Assembly (NCBI GenBank): GCA_002189035.1
Contig: NEEC01000505.1
Span: forward strand, 1-21,969
Direction of reading: 5' to 3'
Length of the DNA stretch: 21,969 nt
DNA from: Utricularia gibba
Taxonomy: Eukaryota; Plantae; Magnoliophyta
Part shown: positions 11,448-21,969 of the stretch, piece after piece
Layout of the letters: each line of letters opens with the position of its first letter
Position numbering within the stretch: the stretch's first letter is position 1
Translations under genes and position numbers: made by a program
The notes under the pieces: model-generated
The model's input: only the letters and a program-made list of their open reading frames with translations
Databases searched by the model: none
Told to the model about the DNA's origin: nothing

Positions 11448-14400
11448 CGATTGAAAACATTTTGGGTGCTCATGAAATCCTAACTTCAATAACTGCATCA
11501 CGATTTTCGTCGAGTAGGACCCGATGTGGCAAAGGAGTCAGACCGAACCTTGGTCAGAACGAAGTTCAAAAGACATCACCCGCCCAGAAACGACAAGCTT
11601 TTCCTTGAGAAACCATGTAGGCAGCCTATTAAAACCAACGTTAATAAATGCATCAATTTTTTTGCCGGCTACAAATGACTCTGGGCGAGCTCGACTCGAC
11701 CTCCTGCTCGATACCGTTGCCCCACGAGAGCGCCTTATCAAATATAAAGCATGCGGTTGAGAAAACCATTTTGGGTGCTCATGATATCCTAACTTCAATA
11801 ACTGCATCACGATTTTCGTCGAGTAGGACCCGATGTGGCAAAGGAGTCAGACCGAACCTATGGTCAGAACGAAGTTCCAAAAGACATCACCCGCCCAGAA
11901 ACGACAAGCTTTTCCTTGAGAAACCATGTAGGCAGCCTATTAAAACCCAACGTTAATAAATGCATCAATTTTTTTGCCGGCTACAAATGACTCTGGCGAG
12001 CTCGACTCGACCTTTGCCGATACCGTTGCCCCACGAGAGCGCCTCCTCAATATAAAGCATGCGGTTGAAAAACCATTTTGGGTGCTCATGAAATCCTAAC
12101 TTCAATAACTGCATCACGATTTTCGTCGAGTAGGACCCGATGTGGCAAAGGAGTCAGACCGAACCTTGGTCAGAACGAAGTTCCAACGACATCACCCGCC
12201 AAAAACGACAAGCTTTTCCTTGAGAAACCATTGTAGGCAGCCTATTAAAACCAACGTTAATAAATGCATCAATTTTTTGCCGAGCTACAAATGACTATGG
12301 GCCCGAGCTCGACTCGACCTCCTGCTCGATACCGTTGCCCCACGAGAGTGCCTTATCAAATATAAAGCATGCGATTGAAAAACCATTTTGGGTGCTCATG
12401 AAATCCTAACTTCAATAACTGCATCACGATTTTCGTCGAGTAGGACCAGATTTGGCAAAGGAGACAGACCGAACCTTGGGTCAGAACGAAGTTCACAACG
12501 ACATCACCCGCCCAAAAACGACAAGCTTTTCCTTGAGAAAACCATTAGGCAGCCTATTAAAACCAACGTTTAATAAATGCATCAAGTTTTTTGCCGAGCT
12601 ACAAATGACTATGGGCCCGAGCTCGACTCGACCTCCTGCTCGATACCGTTGCCCCACGAGAGCACCTTATCAAATATAAAGCATGCGGTTGAGAAAACCA
12701 TTTTGGGTGCTCATGAAATCCTAACTTCAATAACTGCATCACGATTTTCGTCGAGTAGGACCCGATGTGGCAAAGGAGTCAGACAGAACCTTGGGTCAAC
12801 GAAGTTCCCAACGACATCACCCGCCAGAAACGACAAGCTTTTCCTTGAGAAAACAATGTAGGCGCTATTAAAACCAACGTTAATAATGCATCAAGTTTTT
12901 TGCCGAGCTACAAATGACTATGGGCCCGAGCTCGACTCGACCTCCTACTCGATACCGTTGCCCCGAGAGCGCCTCCTCAAATATAAAGCATGCGGTTGAG
13001 AAAACCATTTTGGGTGCTCATGACATCCTAACTTCAATAACTGCATCACGATTTTCGTCGAGTAGGACCCGATGTGGCAAAGGAGTCAGACAGAACCTTG
13101 GGTCCGAACGAAGTTCCCAACGACATCACCCGCCAGAAACGACAAGCTTTTCCTTGAGAAACTATGTAGGCAGCCTAATAACCGAACGTTAATAAATGCA
13201 TCAATTTTTTGCGGCTACAATGACTCTGGGCCCGAGCTCGACTCGACCTCCTGCTCGATACCGTTGCCCCACGAGAGCCTTATCAAATATAAAGCATGCG
13301 GTTGAGAAAACCATTTTGGGTGCTCATGACATCCTAACTTCAATAACTGCATCACGATTTTCGTCGAGTAGGACCCGATGTGGCAAAGGAGTCAGACCGA
13401 ACCTTGGGTCAGAACGAAGTTCACAACGAAATCACCGCCCAAAAACGACAAGCTTTTCCTTGAGAAAACAATGTAGGCGTTCTATTAAAACCCAACGTTA
13501 ATTAAATGCATCAAGTTTTTTGCCGAGCTACAAATGACTATGGGCCGAGCTCGACTCGACCTCCTGCTCGATACCGTTGCCCCACGAGAGTGCCTTATCA
13601 AATATAAAGCATGCGGTTGAGAAAACCATTTTGGGTGCTCATGACATCCTAACTTCAATAACTGCATCACGATTTTCGTCGAGTAGGACCCGATGTGGCA
13701 AAGGAGTCAGACAGAACCTTGGGTCCGAACGAAGTTCCAACGACATCACCCGCCAGAAACGACAAGCTTTTCCTTGAGAAACTATGTAGGCAGCCTAATA
13801 AGCCGAACGTTAATAAATGCATCAATTTTTTGCGGGCTACAAATGACTCTGGGAGCGAGCCCGACTCGACCTTTTGCCCGATACGTGCCCCACTAGAGCG
13901 CCTCCTAAACTACAAAGCATGCGATTGAGAAAACCATTTTGGGTGCTCATGAAATCCTAACTTCAATAACTGCATCACGATTTTCGAGTAGGACCCGATG
14001 TGGCAAAGGAGTCAGACCGAACCTTGGGTCAGAACGAAGTTCCAACGACATCACCCGCCCAAAAACGACAAGCTTTTCCTTGAGAAAACCATTGAGGCAG
14101 CCTATTAAAACCAACGTTAATAAATGCATCAAGTTTTTTTCCGAGCTACAAATGACTATGGGCCGAGCTCGACTCGACCTCCTGCTCGATACCGTTGCCC
14201 CACGAGAGTGCCTTATCAAATATAAAGCATGCGTTGAGAAAAACATTTTGGGTGCTCATGAAATCCTAACTTCAATAACTGCATCACGATTTTCGTCGAG
14301 TAGGACCCGATGTGGCAAAGGAGTCAGACCGAACCTTGGGTCAGAACGAAGTTCACAACGACATCACCCGCCCAAAAACGACAAGCTTTTCCTTGAGAAA

Positions 14401-16653
14401 CCATTGAGGCAGCCTATTAAAACCAACGTTAATAAATGCATCAAGTTTTTTGCCGAGCTACAAATGACTATGGGCCCGAGCTCGACTCGACCTCCTGCTC
14501 GATACCGTTGCCCCACGAGAGCCTTATCAAATATAAAGCATGCGGTTGAGAAAACCATTTTGGGTGCTCATGACATCCTAACTTCAATAACTGCATCACG
14601 ATTTTCGTCGAGTAGGACCCGATGTGGCAAAGGAGTCAGACCGAACCTTGGTCCGAACGAAGTTCCAACGACATCACCCGCCAGAAACGACAAGCTTTTC
14701 CTTGAGAAACTATGTAGGCAGCCTAATAAAGCCGAACGTTAATAAATGCATCAATTTTTTGCGGGCTACAAATGACTCTGGGCCCGAGCTCGACTCGACC
14801 TCCTGCTCGATACCGTTGCCCCACGAGAGCACCTTATCAAATATAAAGCATGCGGTTGAGAAAACCATTTTGGGTGCTCATGAATCCTAACTTCAATAAC
14901 TGCATCACGATTTTCGTCGAGTAGGACCCGATGTGGCAAAGGAGTCAGACCGAACCTTGGGTCAGAACGAAGTTCACAACGACATCACCCGCCCAAAAAC
15001 GACAAGCTTTTCCTTGAGAAAACAATGTAGGCGCCTATTAAAACCAACGTTAATAAATGCATCAAGTTTTTTGCCGAGCTACAAATGACTATGGGCCCGA
15101 GCTCGACTCGACCTCCTGCTCGATACCGTTGCCCCACGAGAGTGCCTTATCAAATATAAAGCATGCGGTTGAGAAAACCATTTTGGGTGCTCATGACATC
15201 CTAACTTCAATAACTGCATCACGATTTTCGTCGAGTAGGACCCGATGTGGCAAAGGAGTCAGACAGAACCTTGGGTCCGAACGAAGTTCCCAACGACATC
15301 ACCCGCAGAAACGACAAGCTTTTCCTTGAGAAACTATGTAGGCAGCCTAATAAAGCCGAACGTTAATAAATGCATCAATTTTTTTGGGCTACAAATGACT
15401 CTGGGCCCGAGCTCGACTCGACCTCCTGCTCGATACCGTTGCCCCACGAGAGCACCTTATCAAATATAAAGCATGCGGTTGAGAAAACCATTTTTGGGTG
15501 CTCATGACATCCTAACTTCAATAACTGCATCACGATTTTCGTCGAGTAGGACCCGATGTGGCAAAGGAGTCAGACGAACCTTGGGTCAGAACGAAGTTCA
15601 CAACGACATCACCCGCCCAAAAACGACAAGCTTTTCCTTGAGAAAACAATGTAGGCCTATTAAAACCAACGTTAATAATGCATCAAGTTTTTTGCCGAGC
15701 TACAAATGACTATGGGCCCGAGCTCGACTCGACCTCCTACTCGATACCGTTGCCCCACGAGAGCGCCTTATCAAATATAAAGCATGCGGTTGAGAAAACC
15801 ATTTTGGGTGCTCATGAAATCCTAACTTCAATAACTGCATCACGATTTTCGTCGAGTAGGACCCGATGTGGCAAAGGAGTCAGACAGAACCTTGGGTCCG
15901 AACGAAGTTCCAACGACATCACCCGCCAGAAACGACAAGCTTTTCCTTGAGAAACTATGTAGGCAGCCTAATAGAACGTTAATAAATGCATCAATTTTTT
16001 GCGGGCTACAAATGACTCTGGGCGAGCCGACTCGACCTTTTGCCCGATACCCGCCGCATGCGATTGAAAAACATTTTGGTGCTCCTAACTTCAATAACTG
16101 CATCACGATTTTCGATGTGGCAAAGGAGTCAGACGAACCTTGGGTCAGAACGAAGTTCACAACGACATCACCGCCAAACGACAAGCTTTTCCTTGAGAAA
16201 CATGTAGGCAGCCTATTAAAACCAACGTTAATAATGCATCAATTTTTTTTGCCGGCTACAAATGACTATGGGCCCGAGCTCGACTCGACCTCCTGCTCGA
16301 TACCGTTGCCCCACGAGAGCGCCTTATCAAATATAAAGCATGCGGTTGAGAAAACCATTTTGGGTGCTCATGAATCCTAACTTCAATAACTGCATCACGA
16401 TTTTCGTCGAGTAGGACCCGATGTGGCAAAGGAGTCAGACCGAACCTTGGGTCAGAACGAAGTTCCAAACGACATCACCGCCAAAAACGACAAGCTTTTC
16501 CTTGAGAAACTATGTAGGCAGCCTAATTAAAACCAACGTTAATAAATGCATCAATTTTTTTTGCCGGCTACAAATGACTCTGGGCCGAGCTCGACTCGAC
16601 CTCCTGCTCGATACCGTTGCCCCACGAGAGTGCCTTATCAAATATAAAGCATG

Positions 16654-19077
16654 CGGTTGAGAAAACCATTTTGGGTGCTCATGAATCCTAACTTCAATAA
16701 CTGCATCACGATTTTCGTCGAGTAGGACCCGATGTGGCAAAGGAGTCAGACCGAACCTTGGTCAGAACGAAGTTCCAAAAGACATCACCCGCCCAGAAAC
16801 GACAAGCTTTTCCTTGAGAAACTATGTAGGCAGCCTATAAAACCGAACGTTAATAAATGCATCAATTTTTTTGCAGGCTAAAAATGACTCTGGGCGAGCT
16901 CGACTCGACCTTTTGCCCGATACCGTGCCCCACTAGAGCGCCTCCTCAAATACAAAGCATGCGATTGAAAACATTTTGGGTGCTCATGAAATCCTAACTT
17001 CAATAACTGCATCACGATTTTCGTCGAGTAGGACCAGATTTGGCAAAGGAGACACCGAACCTTGGGTCAGAACGAAGTTCACAACGACATCACCCGCCCA
17101 AAAACGACAAGCTTTTCCTTGAGAAAACCATTGAGGCAGCCTATTAAAACCAACGTTAATAAATGCATCAAGTTTTTTGCCGAGCTACAAATGACTATGG
17201 GCCCGAGCTCGACTCGACCTCTACTCGATACCGTTGCCCCACGAGAGCACCTTATCAAATATAAAGCATGCGGTTGAGAAAACCATTTTGGGTGCTCATG
17301 AAATCCTAACTTCAATAACTGCATCACGATTTTCGTCGAGTAGGACCCGATGTGGCAAAGGAGTCAGACCGAACCTATGGTCAGAACGAAGTTCCAAAAG
17401 ACATCACCCGCCCAGAAACGACAAGCTTTTCCTTGAGAAACCATGTAGGCAGCCTATTAAAACCAACGTTAATAAATGCATCATTTTTTTTGCAGGCTAA
17501 AAATGACTCTGGGCGAGCCGACTCGACCTTTTGCCCGATACCGTGCCCCACTAGAGCGCCTCCTCAAATACAAAGCATGCGATTGAGAAAACATTTTGGG
17601 TGCTCATGAAATCCTAACTTCAATAACTGCATCACGATTTTCGTCGAGTAGGACCAGATTTGGCAAAGGAGACAGACCGAACCTTGGGTCAGAACGAAGT
17701 TCCAACGACATCACCCGCCAAAAAACGACAAGCTTTTCCTTGAGAAAACCATTGAGGCAGCCTATTAAAACCAACCGTTAATAAATGCATCAATTTTTTT
17801 TGCCGGGCTACAAATGACTCTGGCCCGAGCTCGACTCGACCTCCTGCTCGATACCGTTGCCCCACGAGAGTGCCTTATCAAATATAAAGCATGCGGTTGA
17901 GAAAACCATTTTGGGTGCTCATGAATCCTAACTTCAATAACTGCATCACGATTTTCGTCGAGTAGGACCGATGTGGCAAAGGAGTCAGACCGAACCTATG
18001 GTCAGAACGAAGTTCCAAAAGACATCACCGCCCAGAAACGACAAGCTTTTCCTTGAGAAACTATGTAGGCAGCCTATAAAGCCAACGTTAATAAATGCAT
18101 CAATTTTTTACAAATGACTTCCCCGAACTATACCGTTGCCCCACGAGAGCTTATCAAATATAAAGCATAGAAAACCATTTTGGGTGCTCATGAATCCTAA
18201 CTTCAATAACTGCATCACGATTTTCGTCGAGTAGGACCAGATTGGCAAAGGAGACAGACCGAACCTTGGGTCAGAACGAAGTTCGACATCACCCCAAAAA
18301 CGACAAGCTTTTCCTTGAGAAAACAGGCAGCCTATTAAAACCAACCGTTAATAAATGCATCAAGTTTTTTGCCGAGCTACAAATGACTATGGGCCGAGCT
18401 CGACTCGACCTCCTACTCGATACCGTTGCCCCACGAGAGCCTTATCAAATATAAAGCATGCGGTTGAGAAAACCATTTTGGGTGCTCATGAAATCCTAAC
18501 TTCAATAACTGCATCACGATTTTCGTCGAGTAGGACCCGATGTGGCAAAGGAGTCAGACCGAACTGGTCAGAACGAAGTTCCAAAAGACATCACCCGCCA
18601 GAAACGACAAGCTTTTCCTTGAGAAACCATGTAGGCAGCCTATTAAAACCCAACGTTAATAAATGCATCAATTTTTTTGCGGCTACAAATGACTCTGGGC
18701 GAGCCGACTCGACCTTTTGCCCGATACCGTGCCCCACTAGAGCGCCTCCTCAACTAAAAGCATGCGATTGAAAAACATTTTGGGTGCTCATGAAATCCTA
18801 ACTTCAATAACTGCATCACGATTTTCGTCGAGTAGGACCAGATTTGGCAAAGGAGACAGACCGAACCTTGGTCAGAACGAAGTTCACAACGACATCACCC
18901 GCCCAAAAACGACAAGCTTTTCCTTGAGAAAACCATTGAGGCAGCCTATTAAAACCAACCGTTAATAAATGCATCAAGTTTTTTGCCGAGCTACAAATGA
19001 CTATGGGCCCGAGCTCGACTCGACCTCCTACTCGATACCGTTGCCCCACGAGAGCACCTTATCAAATATAAAGCATG
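16654..19077 (+). repeat. Local higher-order repeat: four tandem ~620-bp dimers (Q-tail unit followed by F-head Y unit)
   Basis: The rare variant 'accagat(t)tggcaaaggagac' occurs in every second unit, at about 17033, 17653, 18236 and 18837. Each is preceded by a unit with ttccaaaagac and a Q tail (gacctttt gcccgataccgtgccccactag...cctcctc), except the third dimer, where that tail is degraded. Confidence 0.7.
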
Positions 19078-21969
19078 CGGTTGAGAAAACCATTTTGGGT
19101 GCTCATGAATCCTAACTTCAATAACTGCATCACGATTTTCGTCGAGTAGGACCGATGTGGCAAAGGAGTCAGACAGAACCTTGGTCGAACGAAGTTCCAA
19201 CGACATCACCCGCCAGAAACGACAAGCTTTTCCTTGAGAAACTATGTAGGCAGCCTAATAAGCCGAACGTTAATAAATGCATCAATTTTTTGCGGGCTAC
19301 AAATGACTCTGGGCCCGAGCTCGACTCGACCTCCTGCTCGATACCGTTGCCCCACGAGAGCGCCTTATCAAATATAAAGCATGCGGTTGAAAAACCATTT
19401 TGGGTGCTCATGAAATCCTAACTTCAATAACTGCATCACGATTTTCGTCGAGTAGGACCGATGTGGCAAAGGAGTCAGACCGAACCTTGGGTCAGAACGA
19501 AGTTCACAACGACATCACCCGCCCAAAAACGACAAGCTTTTCCTTGAGAAAACCATGTAGGCAGCCTATTAAAACCAACGTTAATAAATGCATCAAGTTT
19601 TTTGCCGAGCTACAAATGACTATGGGCCCGAGCTCGACTCGACCTCCTACTCGATACCGTTGCCCCACGAGAGCGCCTTATCAAATATAAAGCATGCGGT
19701 TGAGAAAACCATTTTGGGTGCTCATGAATCCTAACTTCAATAACTGCATCACGATTTTCGTCGAGTAGGACCCGATGTGGCAAAGGAGTCAGACCGAACC
19801 TTGGGTCAGAACGAAGTTCCAACGACATCACCCGCCAGAAAACGACAAGCTTTTCCTTGAGAAAACTATGTAGGCAGCCTATAAAACCAACGTTAATAAA
19901 TGCATCAATTTTTTGCGGGCTACAAATGACTCTGGGCCGAGCTCGACTCGACCTCCTGCTCGATACCGTTGCCCCACGAGAGCACCTTATCAAATATAAA
20001 GCATGCGGTTGAGAAAACCATTTTGGGTGCTCATGAATCCTAACTTCAATAACTGCATCACGATTTTCGTCGAGTAGGACCCGATGTGGCAAAGGAGTCA
20101 GACCGAACCTTGGGTCAGAACGAAGTTCACAACGACATCACCGCCCAAAAACGACAAGCTTTTCCTTGAGAAAACAATGTAGGCCTATTAAACCAACGTT
20201 AATAATGCATCAAGTTTTTTGCCGAGCTACAAATGACTATGGGCCCGAGCTCGACTCGACCTCCTACTCGATACCGTTGCCCACGAGAGCGCCTCCTCAA
20301 ATATAAAGCATGCGGTTGAGAAAACCATTTTGGGTGCTCATGAATCCTAACTTCAATAACTGCATCACGATTTTCGTCGAGTAGGACCCGATGTGGCAAA
20401 GGAGTCAGACAGAACCTTGGTCAGAACGAAGTTCCAACGACATCACCCGCCCAGAAACGACAAGCTTTTCCTTGAGAAACTATGTAGGCAGCCTAATAGC
20501 CCAACGTTAATAAATGCATCAATTTTTTGCGGGCTACAAATGACTCTGGGAGCGAGCCCGACTCGACCTTTTGCCCGATACCGTGCCCCACTAGAGCGCC
20601 TCCTCAAATACAAAGCATGCGATTGAAAAAAGCATTTTGGGTGCTCATGAAATCCTAACTTCAATAACTGCATCACGATTTTCGTCGAGTAGACCGATGT
20701 GGCAAAGGAGTCAGACCGAACCTTGGGTCAGAACGAAGTTCCCAACGACATCACCCGCCAAAACGACAAGCTTTTCCTTGAGAAAACATGTAGGCAGCCT
20801 ATTAAAACCAACGTTAATAAATGCATCAATTTTTTTTTGCCGAGCTACAAATGACTCTGGGCCCGAGCTCGACTCGACCTCCTGCTCGATACCGTTGCCC
20901 ACGAGAGTGCCTTATCAAATATAAAGCATGCGGTTGAGAAAACCATTTTGGGTGCTCATGATATCCTAACTTCAATAACTGCATCACGATTTTCGTCGAG
21001 TAGGACCCGATGTGGCAAAGGAGTCAGACGAACCTTGGTCAGAACGAAGTTCCAAAACGACATCACCCGCCCAGAAACGACAAGCTTTTCCTTGAGAAAC
21101 TATGTAGGCAGCCTAATAAAGCCGAACGTTAATAAATGCATCAATTTTTTTGCCGGCTACAAATGACTCTGGCCCGAGCTCGACTCGACCTCCTGCTCGA
21201 TACCGTTGCCCCACGAGAGTGCCTTATCAAATATAAAGCATGCGGTTGAGAAAACCATTTTGGGTGCTCATGATATCCTAACTTCAATAACTGCATCACG
21301 ATTTCGTCGAGTAGGACCCGATGTGGCAAAGGAGTCAGACCGAACCTTGGTCAGAACGAAGTTCCAAAAGACATCACCGCCCAGAAACGACAAGCTTTTC
21401 CTTGAGAAACTATGTAGGCAGCCTATAAAGCCGAACGTTAATAAATGCATCAATTTTTTTGGGCTACAAATGACTCTGGGCGAGCCGACTCGACCTTTGC
21501 TCGATACCGTTGCCCCACTAGAGCGCCTCCTCAAATATAAAGCATGCGATTGAAAAACATTTTGGGTGCTCATGAAATCCTAACTTCAATAACTGCATCA
21601 CGATTTTCGTCGAGTAGGACCAGATTTGGCAAAGGAGACAGACCGAACCTTGGGTCAGAACGAAGTTCACAACGACATCACCCGCCCAAAAACGACAAGC
21701 TTTTCCTTGAGAAAACCATTGAGGCAGCCTATTAAAACCAACCGTTAATAAATGCATCAAGTTTTTTGCCGAGCTACAAATGACTATGGGCCCGAGCTCG
21801 ACTCGACCTCCTACTCGATACCGTTGCCCCACGAGAGCACCTTATCAAATATAAAGCATGCGGTTGAGAAAACCATTTTGGGTGCTCATGAATCCTAACT
21901 TCAATAACTGCATCACGATTTTCGTCGAGTAGGACCCGATGGCAAAGGAGTCAGACAGAACCTTGGGTC

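Larger units (their letters stand above)
1..21969. repeat. Tandem satellite DNA array, ~310-bp unit, 71 complete copies plus a partial copy, head-to-tail
   Basis: The junction aagcatg|cg(g/a)ttga recurs at 310, 623, 935, 1244, 1553, 1863, 2174, 2485, 2793, 3093 ... 21243, 21547 and 21861 (21860/71 = ~308 bp). Near-invariant blocks such as 'cctaacttcaataactgcatcacgattttcgtcgagtaggac' and 'aacgacaagcttttccttga' (HindIII site) recur unit after unit. No unique sequence or strand switch was found, and the array runs off both ends. Confidence 0.99.

Noticed and set aside
18-21832. About 130 ORFs of 60-267 aa with recurring peptides (MGAH.ILTSITASRFSSSRTRCGKGVR..., MPHRVLLDENRDAV...), the longest at 13939-14742
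   Set aside because: These are translations of the satellite on both strands. Frame and length change with 1-bp indels from unit to unit, all three frames are used interchangeably, and I recognise no protein domain.
1-21969. CRISPR array or prokaryotic repeat system
   Set aside because: There is no repeat-spacer alternation: the whole 310 bp is repeated, with no unique spacers, leader or cas genes.

Overview
The whole 21,969-bp window is one uninterrupted head-to-tail tandem satellite array. By manual count it has 71 complete units averaging ~308 bp (intact units ~309-313 bp) plus a partial 72nd, all in one orientation, at ~48% GC. I see no credible genes, RNA genes, mobile elements or CRISPR, and every ORF in the track is a translation of the repeat. 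The structure is nested. (1) Each ~310-bp unit is a diverged dimer of ~158-bp and ~152-bp halves, implying an ancestral ~155-bp nucleosome-sized monomer. (2) Units fall into subfamilies X and Y, with an alternative tail Q and head F. (3) These variants form local higher-order repeats: four tandem ~620-bp Q+F dimers at 16.65-19.08 kb, a 5-3-5 unit pattern at 7.4-11.4 kb, and X/Y alternation in the right half. This fits a eukaryotic centromeric or pericentromeric satellite, but I cannot identify the organism or a named family. Homopolymer-length noise suggests imperfect long-read consensus, so fine-scale conclusions need accurate reads. All counts and coordinates are from manual reading and may be off by a few bases.
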